A stretch of DNA of 64,000 bases from Ginglymostoma cirratum. Taxonomy: Eukaryota. The stretch lies in the NCBI GenBank assembly GCA_024137785.1, contig JAHRHZ010000019.1:26158327-26222326 (forward strand). Direction: 5' to 3'. The position numbers were made by a program, and so were the translations under genes. Positions 12,331 through 24,950 of this stretch are shown piece after piece (position 1 is the first letter of the stretch; every line of letters starts with the position of its first letter). Under the pieces are notes generated by a model. That model made no database searches, had not been told where the DNA came from, and saw nothing but the letters and a program-made list of their open reading frames with translations.

Positions 12331-12659
12331 ATTTAAATCAATGGAGAGGGATTGACGATGTACTTCAGTTACCGTCGTGGAAGGATGAGACCCTAAATAA
12401 GGGCCTCAATAGGCCCAAGACTGGGAGGCTGCACCTAAATACCTCAGCCTAAAACATGTTGGGGGTAGGGAGAAGGACACCTGCTGGATTCCGCCCTCGC
12501 CTCCACTCCCCCACCTTCAAAGCCTGATGGCTGGGCGTATGTGAAATCCTTCCTTTCCACAGATGCTGAACTTTCTGAGCATTTCCTGTTGTTACATCCA
12601 AAGTTAATGTTTTGGAGAATCGAGTCTATTGTCATTAAAGAGAAGGTTGAGAGGGTTGG

Positions 12660-12920
12660 AAGATAGAGAATCACGAGAGGGTCTGGATAGAGTAAACTGG
12701 AGAGGCTGCATGAGGAACATGCGTTGGTTGGGATATCCAGTGCATTTTTTAAGAATGTTGGGAGTTGGATTTACTAGTGACTTTCAGATGAGAATTGGAT
12801 AAATATATGAAGAGAAAAGATATTTAAGCGTCATAGGGCAGAGAACTTGCTCCGACAAAAAGCCAGCACAATTACAATGGGTCGAGTGACTTATTTCTGT
12901 TTTGTAACCATTTCGTGATT
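12660..12920 (+). mobile_element. Decayed CR1 3' tail fragment
   Basis: GAGAGGGTCTGGATAGAGTAAAC..GAATTGGATAAATATATGAAGAG..ATGGGTCGAGTGAC..TTCTGT..TGTAA. Confidence 0.5.
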
Positions 12921-13243
12921 TCTCCATTACAGTAGAAATGTAAGTAAATTGATATGTATGCTTTAACGTTGGAAATATCCCTACAGTCTATGCGCCGGGA
13001 CATTATATAAATTAGAATTTTGAAAACCTCAAATAAAGATAATCCACCAATCAGAAGCAGCGTTTTAATTTGTTGGCTCTTTGGAACGTGTTTGCAATGC
13101 GTGTTATGCGTATTTTTAAGTTTAGAGGATATATTGTAATATTCAGTGCACTTTGTACTTCTACGAAGTTTAATTTGCTCTCAATATTATTTTTCTAGTG
13201 CAGATTCCCGAGGTGACTTAGCACAAAAAAGTCTTATTTTGAT

Positions 13244-13531
13244 TCATAGAATCATAGAATCCCTACAGTGTGGAAGCAGGCTGTTCGTCCCATCGAGTCC
13301 ACACCGACCCTCCGAACAGCATGCCACCCATACCCATCCCCTGTCCTATCCCTGCATTTCCCACTCGAGACACTGTGAGCAATTTAGCACGGCCAATCCA
13401 CCTAACCTGCAATTTTTTGGCCTGTGGGAGGAAACCCACGCAGACACGGGGAGAATGTGTAAATTCCACACAGTCACCCGAGGCTGGAATCGAACCTGGG
13501 CTCCTGGCGCTGTGAGCCACCGTGCCGCCCC
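13244..13531 (-). mobile_element. HE1-type V-SINE
   Basis: Antisense tail TCATAGAATCATAGAATCCCTACAG, V-domain, B box (GGAATCGAACC) and head CACCGTGCCGCCC. Confidence 0.9.
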
Positions 13532-14086
13532 GAATAAAGTTAGTTGACTCATATTGTGTCTTTTTTTATAATTGCCCCTTGCTTTGAGTAAATGTTTGTA
13601 TTCACCTTTCCTGACAGCGTCGGGTATGCTTATTTTGAAAGCGTTTGGTTTTCTAATGTCCCCGAATAAAAGTGTAAAATGGCCTGATTAGCTCCAGGCT
13701 ATGATCTATCTGTTGAGGCTTTACATTACGGTATATTTCTTATCAAAAGGCAATTCTTTTATTTCTCAGTGTTATAGTTCGAATTTGCTAGGGAACTTCT
13801 GCAATTCTTGTAAACGGTAATCGCAATTCGCAATTATCCACTTTAACTAAACCAGCCGTGTTTAACTTTCGCTGACTGTATTGTCACGCATCTATTTTCC
13901 ATTGGGAACTTCGAACAGCTTCGATGAAATGACTCCTCGTTCAGACTGGCCTAAGACATCGTCGCTTATTTTTCTGTGACTTTTTATTGATAAATACTTT
14001 CCTGAATAGCTCACCTCTGTAACCTCTGTCATGACTTGTCTCCCTTACTAAACGCAGAATAAGATCTCTTCAGTCTTGTTTCTTTT

Positions 14087-14363
14087 GGGGCAGTACAGTG
14101 GCTCGGTGGTTAGCACTGCTCCGTCAGAGTGCTAAGAAACCGGGTTTGATCCCACTCTCGGGCGACTGTCTGTGGAGTTTGCACGTTCTCTCCCAAAGAT
14201 GTGCAGGCTCGGTGGGTTGGATGTGTTAAGTTGTACATAGTGTTCAGGGATGTGTAGATTAGGGGGGTTCTAGGGGGATGGGCCTGGGTGGGATGCTCTG
14301 AGGGTAGGTGTGGACTTGTTGGGCCGAAAAACCTGTCCCCACCCAAGGATCCTATCATCTATT
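14087..14363 (+). mobile_element. HE1-type V-SINE (internal deletion)
   Basis: GGGGCAGTACAGTGGCTCGGTGGTTAGCACTGC..GGGTTTGATCCC..TGTGGAGTTTGCACGTTCTC..TTGGGCCGAA. Confidence 0.85.
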
Positions 14364-14863
14364 CTGTTCATTAATCAGACATGATCTAAAACTGTACGAA
14401 AGCTGGGTAGAGCCTTCTGCGTGTTAAATATACCCTTCTCTTTTTCTTCAATGTTTAACCCAATTGACCAGTCGTCCCAATAATAACTTCCTTTTTTCGC
14501 GTCTGAAACATAGAACTTCCGAAAGAACATAAATTCGTTCAAATAATGTCACTGAACCTAATGACACTTCGGGACAGGGGATCAAAGGCCTGGTCAAAAA
14601 GGGTAGGTTTTCAAGAGCGGAAGGTGAGAACAGAATGTGGTTAATGAAATCACAGTTTGGAAGAACTAACGGGTTAGCTTTTAGTGCAACATACTCCTGC
14701 CGATACAGTTTAATTAACTCCCATCACATTCACCCAATTTTTCGACCTTTTGCCTACACGCGGTTGTTTTACCTCAAAAATTGAAAGGGCAACGCACTGT
14801 ACGGACAACTTAAACATTTGATGTATCCTGTTTCCTACGAGGAAACAACCCAACTCTAAATAC

Positions 14864-14884
14864 AGCATCTGCAGTACCTTTTAT
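14864..14884 (+). mobile_element. 21-bp PLE 3'-end micro-insertion with 10-bp TSD
   Basis: AGCATCTGCAGTACCTTTTAT (reverse complement of 47197-47217) between two CTCTAAATAC repeats at 14854-14863 and 14885-14894. Confidence 0.7.
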
Positions 14885-15135
14885 CTCTAAATACGCACAG
14901 ACCTTTTTACAAAAAAGTTTTAATAAACACAGCCAGCTCCATTGAATTGCAAACTTGTTGCCGTTTTATTTTTATCCGTACAGTTAGGCGAAGACCAACA
15001 TTTACAAACTGAAAAACGTGCGGGCATATAGATTGCATATCTTTCCACTTTTGATCCTAGGTAGTAGCTGGAGCCATATATTCGAGGAATCTCTCCATCT
15101 CCTTCTACATCTCCGGGAGGGAAAAACGTGCCTTT

Positions 15136-15470
15136 GCGGCGGCAGAGTAACTCAGCGGTTAGCACTTGGCTCACAGCGCTAAGGACCCAGGTTCGATTCC
15201 ACCCTTGTGTGTGGAGTTTGTATGTTCTCCCCGTGTGTGCGTGGGTTTCCGCCAAGTGCTCCGGTTTCCTCCCACAGCCCAAAGGTGTGCAAGTTAGGTG
15301 GATTGGCCATGCTAAATTGCCTATTCTGTTCAGGGGTATGCGGGATAGGTGGATTAGCTATGGGAAATGCAGGGTTACAGGGATAGGGTGGGTCTGGGCG
15401 CGATGCTCTTCGGAGGGACTGTGTGGACATGATGGGCCGAATGGCCTGCTCCCTACTCTAGGAATTCTTT
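15136..15470 (+). mobile_element. HE1-type V-SINE, full length
   Basis: A-box-like AACTCAGCGG, B box GGTTCGATTCC, V-domain and tail GGGCCGAATGGCCTG. Confidence 0.9.
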
Positions 15471-17651
15471 GATAGATTTACAGATACATCTGATACCTCA
15501 TTATGTCCCACCTCTCAATCGTCATCTTGAATATACCAGAGCCATGCGATTATCAATATTGATAATCATTGAACTAAGCATACCTGCCTATATAGCAAAT
15601 TAATCATCGTGTGAAATAATTTGTATTGAAAAATAATTAATTGGAAATAGTTTGTTACTTGCTGCATACTTAAATGTCCTTCCAGCTAGGAAGACAGTTT
15701 TATAAAGCAAGCGGTTGAAAACATGCCTTAAACTTGCTGCCTTAGGATTTTTTGAAGAGTTGTCGTCGGCAGAGCTTGTTTGATGCAGAATTGCAATTGT
15801 TTTGGGATGTTGAGCACTTACAGATGCTGTGTAGGGTACAAGATCACATTTTCAGAAACCTCTGAAAAAATGTGTAAATTTTAACATTGGGAAACCGGGA
15901 GAAGGGGCAAATCACATATCCTAAAACACCCATCGAAAGGGGTAGTGTAGACGTTGAAATAAATCAGTAAAAAAAAGCCGCTTTTTGTAACACCGACCGA
16001 TAGTCCTAGGCAGCGTGAAATTTAAGGAAACAAGTTGAGGAATGTGAAGTGAAGGGAGCTGTCCTGAGAAGGGCTTCGTGTGTCAGCGGACAGTATACTT
16101 CTATCTTCAAACATCAAGTGACCCTGCAGAAGCTGGATAGCTTGAATCGGCGAGCAGTGGGTTGTTGCAAGTCTTCAAGTCCTTGTAAAACAAGCAACTA
16201 CTTCTGGTGTAATGAAAGTAATGACTAACAACACAATCTTAAGCGAAAAACCCCGGCGCAACTTTTCCTCATAGTTTGCTGTATTGTTAGCGTTAAGTCT
16301 GGTCGCTTGAATGTTCCATCAGCAAGCAATTAGATGAACGCCACTAGCGGCAGCAAGTATGAGTGTCCCGCCTGTGGAATATACACATGTCTGATCAAAC
16401 CAGACAAGCAGTAGATAAGGGGATGATCTGAATCTTTTCTGTTCACACTGGTACGTAAAGTGTCATCCGAAAAGTATGTTCTGTTTGGATTAAGGTGAAT
16501 CACATTGTTGGATTTGCCACTGAGCGGCTCTGAGAACATCAATTGAAAATTAGGAACGCGGTGTCCCATTAACTAGGCAGCATATACAACACGTGAGTTA
16601 CTTTACAAAAGCAAGTCGACTGTACCATCAGTGAATCTGGCCAAAAGACCCCAACCAGCCCAACAGCCCCGTTTTCAGAAACACGCTGTGTTTTCTGCTT
16701 TGGTTGTATGTTTAGACTAACTCCCAGCTCCCTGTAGTAATTAATGATGCAGTAAAGTACAAAATACATGACCACCCGCTTCTTAAAAAGAAATCTGCGT
16801 TTTCGATTTTACGAAGTAGAGAATAACACTCCAAGCCACACAATGCACATATAAAACATCAAAAGGCATTTAAATGTATGTCCGTTTATGTATTTGCGGA
16901 AGGCTTCATTCCGAGATCTGAAAATCTTGCTACCTGCCGGATAGTGGCTTCGAAGCACCCGCCACTATTTCGTTTGTCCAGTTGACAGCATTTCAGAGAG
17001 AGGACCCAAAAGTGATATCGAATACAATCACCGTTTATCTCCATACCAGCCAGGAGCTGTGAGACTCCTCCAGACCCAACCCCAATGAAAACTGCATCCA
17101 GTCAAGGACACTAAAGGCACAGCTGAAATTTCTCTGGGACAGCGACATTGGGTTAACTTTTGCCGTTGTGTTTGGCGACTGGAGATTGGCAATACAGCGG
17201 CGATTTTTTTCTACGAGTTGCTGTTTTGAAGACAACCAACATTAAATCACAGCAGTTTCATTATACACTGGAAAAGATAAATATAAACTGAAACGTGTGA
17301 CTGATTTTGCAGTGCAGCTTTGAGACGGTCCACACCAGGGGTTTGCGAGAAAAAGTGTGAGAATAAATGCTGATTAATCTGGGGCCAATGATCGAAATAC
17401 AATGCTGTCTTTCTATTATGATTTATTAATAATGCAACAAGTAAAAATTAGAGTGTGAATATGTTCCGGAGCAGCTATTTTAAAATATGGCCGGAATAGA
17501 AAGACACCGTACAAAACTGTTAATTCTTATGATGCGAAAAGGTAATAAATATGTGTATGAATGGTGCCGCCAGGCGTGTTCCTGATTTCTAAAGCCAGAT
17601 AACTTTCCAGAACCCCAGCCACTAATGAAAAACAACACCCTCGCACAATGA

Positions 17652-17701
17652 GATAACAAGGTGTGGAGCTAGATGATCACAGCAGGCCAAGCACAATTTT
17701 A
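17652..17701 (-). mobile_element. 50-bp PLE-terminal micro-insertion with 15-bp TSD
   Basis: GATAACAAGGTGTGGAGCTAGATGATCACAGCAGGCCAAGCA flanked by ACCCTCGCACAATGA at 17637-17651 and 17702-17716. Confidence 0.85.
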
Positions 17702-18254
17702 ACCCTCGCACAATGAAATGTTTTCTCATTTAAAGACCATCGAGGTCCCAATGAGATTAAAGCTAAACAATTCCACCCGCTCTTAATTTGACAACGTTAA
17801 AAGTTGTTTCCATATGTACTTTGGTGTTACAATCGAGCGGTCTTCAACGCGGGGATATGGCACGAAGGATCGAGAAGTAAAATCCGCCATCATGGTCAGT
17901 CAGGTTATTTCTAAGCATATCATTTCTTTTGCACGTGTATCAGAATTCACTCACGGAGCTCAGGTGCCATACCAACATGCACTTTTCGCATGTATGCAAT
18001 CTGAACCAGGTGGAGGGTTGTGCTTATGTCTGTCATATATGGCTGTTCTGACTTTTGATTGGCCACCTTCCCTGGGCTCCAAGTCCTGGGATGGGACTCA
18101 TTCCTCGCGCTTCTGCCTCAGAGGAAGTACTAGCCACTGTGCCATAGACATGTCCTGTCTTTCAGATGTGCACAGATTCCACAAATAATCATCAATGATT
18201 CTATCTCGAACCCTATATCTAGTTTTAGTTTTACAAATCTATGGTAGTCTTACT

Positions 18255-19650
18255 TTGTGATGGGACCTCTATTGTTTCTGAGCCACAAGGTCCTGAGTTC
18301 AAGTACCACTCCAGGATTTGAATCCAAAAATCAAAGCTGGTACTCCAGTGCAGCAAGGAGCATGCGGCAAGAAGAATATCACGAAGTTCCGAAAAAATAT
18401 CAAGAGCATGTGGATAGGTTAAGTGAATGAGTCGCAAAGCGGCAGATGGAGTATAATGCAGAAAAAAGTGAACTTGTTCACTTTAGCAGCAAGCTTTTTT
18501 TAAAATGTACTGTTTAAATGGAAAGAGATCACAGAACTGTGAAGCACAAAGGGATCTGGGTGGCCTGGTACACTAATTCCAAAACGTTAGTTTGCAGCTA
18601 CAAAAAGTGGTACATTGAATGTTACTATTCACTGCAAGGGTACTGGAATATTAAAAAAAAAAGCAAGGTTTGCTGCTGTTGTATGGGCTGAGATCATATC
18701 TGGACCACGGTCTTGCTCTGTCTCAATGGACGCTGTCTGTACCGTGATTTCCAGCATTTGTTGTTTTCACTACAGTTTTGGTCTCCTTATTTAAAAAAAA
18801 GACATAATTGTGTTGGAAGAATTTTAGAGAAGATTCACTCCACCGACTCCGGGCTGAGGATGTTATCCATTAGAGAAGAATTGGACAGGTTAGGCCTGTA
18901 TTCATTAGAGTTTAGACAAATGAGAGGTGTTCTATTAGAAACTACCCTGAGGAAATTTGACAGGGTCGAAGCTGAAGAGATGTTTCCCCTTGTGGGAGAG
19001 ACGAGAACTGGAGGAAACAGTTTAAGCATAAGGGATCTTCCATTAAGAAAGATTTGAGGATTTTGTTTTCTTTCCGAGTTGTTCTTCAATATTCGGAACT
19101 CTCTTCCGGAAAGAATGGAGAACGGTGGAGGCGGGACCATTAAATATTTTCAAGGAAATAGGAAGTACGTTTTTGACTTACGTGAGGGGAGGGGGGGCCC
19201 GCGGTCTGGTCAGAGGGTAAAGGGCTAGGCAGGATAGGGAAGTTAAAGTTACAATCAGATCAGCCGTGAGTTTATTGAATGGAGGACCGGGGTCAAGGAG
19301 CTGAATGGCTTATTTCTGCTTCTAATACTTAGTCGTTAGATATGTTCATTGGACAAACTGTCTGCCAGTTAGGAAGTTTAACCAAGAGGTCTGAACATTA
19401 AGGATCCTATGACACAATTCCATTACAGGCCCTGGAGTTATCCCAGACGTCATAACCAAATTTATCGTTCAATAAACATCACCAAAACAGATGTTCGAGT
19501 CATTATCACCTTGCTGTTTGTGGGAGCTTGCTGTATACAAGTTGGCTGTCACCTCCACTATCCCATATCGCCCACCCACCACCACTACACTCCTAACGTA
19601 CTTCATCGGCGCTAAAGCCCTTCGAGCGGTTCGGTTGTCCTAAAAGACTG
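18255..19650 (+). mobile_element. Deu-domain (SacSINE1-like) SINE split by a CR1 insertion: head ~18255-18365, tail ~19350-19650
   Basis: Head GAGTTCAAGTACCACTCCAG..CTCCAGTGCAG; tail AACATCACCAAAACAGAT..GTCATTATCACCTTGCTGTTTGTGGGAGCTTGCTGT..GTACTTCATCGGC. Family name is from recall. Confidence 0.55.
18385..19335 (+). mobile_element. CR1-type LINE 3' RT fragment
   Basis: ORF 18713-19057 contains LQFWSPYLKK..LDRLGLYSLEFRQMRG..FPLVGETRTGG, typical of the CR1 ORF2 C-terminus. Confidence 0.85.
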
Positions 19651-20362
19651 CTGTTTGTTTTCCGTCTCTCTACCTTGACAACAATATGAAAACCAGTATT
19701 AGTTCCAGACAATTTCCAAGAAGGACTTGAATGCATACCGTTTTGACGTTTACCTAAATTCTAAAGGTAATGTTTTAACTGGCACTTGGAGCTCTTCACA
19801 AAGGTGACACTAATTACGCTGGCACATAACTACATTTATATATCAAATCTCATCCCCAATTTAGACACGTCCAAGGTTACGTGGGATTTATTCCAGTGAA
19901 CACCGCAGCGAAGCTTTTTTATACTGGAATCACGTCTGTTCTCGCAGAGTATATGGGGACATGGAGTGGGTGGGGGCACAGATGTGGCGGAGGCGGGGGG
20001 TGGGGGGGGGAGTACAACAGCGATACATACACAAACCAGTGACAACCGAATAAAAACTTCATACCAGAATTCTATTAAGCATACTTTAAATGTTTGCCAA
20101 CAAAACGATCAACAAATGAAAATGATGAATTCACTGCAATTTATCTTGAGATTCCCAGTCAAGGCGAATTGCTTCACTGTTCTCTAACACGTTCAATTCC
20201 GCCGTCAACTTTTCCTTTTCAGCTTTTAACGCGCGCTCGGTTGTCTTTATCCCCAGCAAAAATTGCGACAACGGCTTTCTGGAAATAGCTAATTTTCTGT
20301 AAACAGCGTACAGATCTCAAAAGAAAGTGTTTTGCATCTGAATGTCTCGTAGCTATCAGAAT

Positions 20363-20396
20363 AAAAAAAAACTGCGGATGCTGGAAACCAGAATTT
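20363..20396 (-). mobile_element. PLE 3'-end micro-insertion with ~13-bp TSD
   Basis: AAAACTGCGGATGCTGGAAACCAGAA between TAGCTATCAGAAT (20350-20362) and TAGCTTTCAGAAT (20397-20409). Confidence 0.6.
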
Positions 20397-21661
20397 TAGC
20401 TTTCAGAATGTTGTGACATGTAACGGCACATTCCACCCCAAACTTTAACTGAAGTTGTTCACGATCCACAGGTTAAAGCCATGCCTTTCGCTACATTCAC
20501 TCAGGCGGCTCACTACATTGGTTTCCAGATAAGGACGCACGATTTCCTAGTTTCAGGATGATAGCACGGTATGATTTCTACTTTTAAGTTCAAAATGTCG
20601 ACAGCAGAGGCGTATCTGGGGCACAAACAATCGTCTCGATTGCTCACAATGGAGCCGATTGTGCTGCTCCTCCTCGTTTGTGACACCTTTTCCCACGGGC
20701 GCCTTTCAGAGCAACCCCAAAAGCTGCTTCTCCTTTGTCCACTTTCAGGCGGGTGTACAATGCGGAGGGCTAGAGTTACAAGAGTTTTCTGTAATGGATA
20801 TTTGCCACTGAACCAGCTGAATTCCTGGAGATCAGGCAGCACTTACATAGCTCGTTCTACCTGTTTAGCTTGAATTGATACAAATGAAAGTTCCTCCCTC
20901 ACCCCTCGGGGGAACAGGCAAAATTCTTTGTTCTCGCCCGAAGTAGTGTTACAGTAGAAGTGACGGCCTTTCCCAAGCGTGACTCGAGACGTGACCTGAT
21001 CTTTCTGGGAAAAGGAGAGCTTCAAAACGCCTTGACGGTGGGCACTCGAAAGTGCAAATTCCAGACAAAAGGCTCCACAAAACTTCAGTCAGCCACATCG
21101 ATGTAAACAAAGAAGCTCAAAGTGATCCAAAATATTAAGAGTCCCGCTTCTTCCACTTTAATGCACACTTTAGTCCCAACTTCATAAAGGCTGCCTTTGT
21201 AGACCCCTTTTAAAATCATCACTTTGGTCAAAATAAAAACGTTTTTGATTTGAGGTTTAAAGTTTCTGGGGAAAACACGCAGGTGTGCGTGAGCTTGGAA
21301 AACATTTTGAAGAGAAAGTACACGGTATCAGGCGGCACGGGGCTGAAAAGACTTCTGGTATCACTTTCAGGAGCGTCTGCTGCAATATTTAGTGAAAACC
21401 CTTTGGAAGTGGCAAATCCTAACCCGACCAGAGAATGCGACTCTTCCGACGAGCGACCAAGAACAAAAAAGGCACCATTGTTCCTGAATAAACAGCTCTT
21501 CGGTGGAATGAGTGTGTAGTGGAGAATTAAGTTTCTTCAGAATCATACTTGAGCACCATGTACTGAACACAGAACATCTGCACGTTTGGTTCGCGTTCTC
21601 GACAAATAGTGACATATGTGGAGATCATTGGCACTTTGATTTCCGACACTATTAGCAGTCA

Positions 21662-21850
21662 GAGATAGTAGGAACTGCAGATGCTGGATAATCTGAGATA
21701 ACAAGGCGCAGAGCTGGATGAACACAGCAGGCCAAGCAGCATCAGAGGAGCAGGAAGGCTGACGTTTCGGGCCTAGACCCGCCTGAAACGTTAGCCTTCT
21801 TGCTCCCCTGATTCTGCTTGGCCTGCTGTGTTCATCCAGCTCTACACTCT
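21662..21850. mobile_element. Fold-back PLE-terminal insertion with 14-bp TSD
   Basis: Arms ~21707-21773 and 21781-21846 are inverted. TSD ACTATTAGCAGTCA at 21648-21661 and 21851-21864. The minus strand reads GGGTCTAGGCCCGAAACGTCAG (3' half of a hammerhead). Confidence 0.9.
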
Positions 21851-22299
21851 ACTATTAGCAGTCAAAGAGTTTTATCAATTACTGGTGATTCTCGTCGCTC
21901 ACCGTGGTCTGTTCTGTTAAAATATCCAAAAGTATTTTAAAGAGTTGCCAGCAGCAGTTTAAGGTTACGGCTGAAAGAACTTTAGCAGGTGAAAAGTGTC
22001 AAACATGTCACAGAGCAGACTCCGGAAATGAATGGACTGTGATGTTACAGAATAAACCTTTTACATCTGGTTTGTTAATCTGTTAAAAGCTTAAAAAAAA
22101 ACTCGCTAGATGCTGTTCATATGATATTCCTTATGCTCATGGCGAGTTTCAATAGTAGTTCCTTTGCCTGTTGTTTTCGACTAGTCTCCGCTTTCTTTAT
22201 TAGAAGAACAAGTCTTTCATTCTGTTCAATTGCTGTTATATATTTGTCATACCTTCGCAATGAAATCACTGTCTGGACTCAAAATATGATTTTGCCTTA

Positions 22300-22610
22300 A
22301 GGCTGTGTGCGCGCACGAGAGAAAATAAAATACATTCGCCCAAGTGTGTGCATGAGACAGAATAAGTATGTGTCTGAGAGATTAATGCGTGTGTTTGTGT
22401 ATGAGAAAGAATATATATATATGAGAGAGAGCTGTGTGTGAGGATGACGGAGGGAGAGACGGAAAGAAATGTGTCTGCATGAGAAAAAATGGGTGTAAGA
22501 AGTGAAAATGTATGCTTTAGAGAATATGATAGAACGCATAGAACATATACTATTTCAAGCAGTAGGTGTTTAGGGGAACATGTTTGATGTTTGCACATGT
22601 GTGAGGTGTA
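22300..22610. repeat. Degenerate (TG)/(GA)/(TA) low-complexity tract
   Basis: Mixed TGTG, GAGA and TATA runs. Confidence 0.6.
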
Positions 22611-23539
22611 GTCCCAGTTCTATCAGGCAGAAATAATATGATAATAACATACTGTCAGTTCATCGAAGTGTGACAGTTTTGAAATAGATCACAGTTTCCT
22701 GATCCACCAACCATGTTGGCAGTTTGTTCTACTGTGTAAAAAAAGGTCCTCCAGCATGTCCTCATTCCCTGCAATGTCCTAAACATGTGCTTGCACAACT
22801 GCCAGCATTTAAGTTTTGCGTACGAAGATGTAGATCCAATTTGTCTGTACCTTCCAATTTTAAACACATCTGCTACCTTTCCTTTAAATATTCTTATTTC
22901 AAGAAAGAGAAGAAAAACAGTGATCAATCTTTCTTATGCATAATTCCCTGATGTTTTGAGATCAACTGTGTAGGTCCCTCTGTACCACATCCAAAAAAAC
23001 TGAACAATCTTTCTGAAATAGGAAGATCAAAACTATATGCAGCATTCCAGATGTGATCTCACTAGGCCAACAGCTTTAAAATGAACATTCTGAATCTATA
23101 TGTCAATCCCCTGCTATGTATTTTACCAGTTTCTAGCTTTCATTTTTTAGTTGTATAGGAACCTACCGGTAATAGTTTTAATGAGCTGTCCACTGAAACA
23201 AAAAAGATTTCTCAATCTTCCCTCTGTTACATCTCATAACCTGATATTTCCTTGCATTAAGCTGACTCTTCAATCTTTCCATCCACTAATCAGGCTTGGT
23301 AAAGTTCTTCTGAATGTATGCGTATTGATTTTCATTTGACCCTCCTCCCAACTTGTACTTTCAGCAAATTTGTTCAGGTAGATCATTTCTGACACTAGAA
23401 ACTATCATAACTCCAACTGATCATTGCAGCATGCATCTGGTAACTGGCTGAGAAACAACTATCTGTCCATATTTTGTTACATGTTAAAATTTATTTTACA
23501 GGATATGGGCCCTGTAACTAACTATGCCAGCATGCACTG

Positions 23540-24000
23540 CTCATCTCTAATTGTCATTGAGAAGCTGCGAGTGAGAAATCACCTTGATTCACTACAGTCC
23601 ACAGTGTGGGTATACCTCTAGTGGCATGAGGGAGTGGGTGCCTGGTCAGAATGGTTTGTGGTTTGGACGGGAACTTGCAGGTTGTGGTATTCTTATATAT
23701 CTGCAGTTCTTGTGAGAGTAGATGTCAAGGATTTGGAAGGTATAGTTGAAGGAGCCTAGCTGAGTTTTTGCAGTGCACATTGTAGATGATATACTCTGCT
23801 GTGCCATGTGTTAGTGGTGTTAAGGTTGGAGTATGAATTGCCAGTCATGTAGATTGCTTTGTTAAGTTTCTTGAGTCTTATTGGAGCTGCACCCATCCAG
23901 GGAAGTGAGAACTATTCCATCATAATTCTGCCTTCTGCTTTGTAAATAGGTCGACAAGTTATGGGCGTCAAGAGATGAGTCGCTAACTGCAGAATTCCCC
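23540..24000 (-). mobile_element. Decayed LINE 3' fragment (same family as 26745-27500)
   Basis: GGGAACTTGCAGGTTGTGGTATTC..GTTTCTTGAGT..TTGGAGCTGCACCCATCCAGG parallels 26969-27230. Confidence 0.55.
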
Positions 24001-24649
24001 ATATATTCCACTACCTATTATAAATAAATCTTTGCCAATCCAATTTAATATATTTTCATCTGTGTCTGCTTTTTTGGGACCTGATTATGTGAGACAGCGT
24101 CAAAGCCCTCCCTAATGTCCAATGCAATTACATTCTCCATTTTCACTGGAGTTATGGGGAACAATGGCTGTCAGCGTTCATGTACACAATCCTAGTCAGT
24201 ACCTAGGGGTTCTGTGGAAGCAAATGATCCTATCAGCAGGAAATTCAGAGAAAATATGTAAGGATTCCAAAAGAATCCCCTGCAGAATTTCAGCCACCAC
24301 AGAATTACCACCTTCAACACTAAGCAAATCTTGCGTTATATGCAATAGGGCAGCATCTCCAAATCTTACAACTTAATATTGAGGGCCTATCAGTTATCAA
24401 GCAAAATCTCATTGAATGTTTTGCCACTCAACACTTCATCGACATCATTTGCCCACAAGAGACTAATATTGTAACTGAAGAAGCAAGTCACTTTTACATC
24501 AAAGTCTTTAACCTGCTGTGTTATTCCGCTCATGGTAAACACAGGCATGTCAGTATCTGATCTGACATTACTGTGCAGCCAATCTGTCATCAATCCCATT
24601 CTGTGACACAAGTCAGGACTGAAGTTTCCATATTGAAAATGTTTATATG

Positions 24650-24950
24650 ACCACAATGTCCTCAAAGAAATCCAGCAAATTATTTAAGCATGATTTTGCA
24701 CTCCCACAGCCATTTGGGCTGTCTAGGCTTAGCTCAGGCCTCTTATATTACCATTCATGATTCCTTGAATCATTTTTCAAGCAGTTGGAAGTATATAATC
24801 TAATGGTTCATCACTGATCGAAATTGGGGTCACATTTACTATTTTCCAATTCCCTGCGATATGATTTGATTCTTGGCTATTCTAAAAGATGTGAAAAGAT
24901 TCACAATCATTTAAGATGGTTCCTTCAGAACCTTCAGAATTAAAGTTATG
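24650..24950 (-). mobile_element. Decayed CR1 reverse-transcriptase fragment
   Basis: Minus strand encodes NWKIVNVTPI (~24853-24822) and KSCLNNLLDFFED (~24697-24658), matching the CR1 motifs DWKxANVTP and KSCLTNLLEFFE. Confidence 0.6.

Noticed and set aside
11860-15472. Several 80-140 aa ORFs on both strands
   Set aside because: They lie within V-SINE copies and are spurious.
23613-23626. Reverse CTCF-like CCACTAGAGGTATA
   Set aside because: Poor 3' half and inside a decayed LINE.
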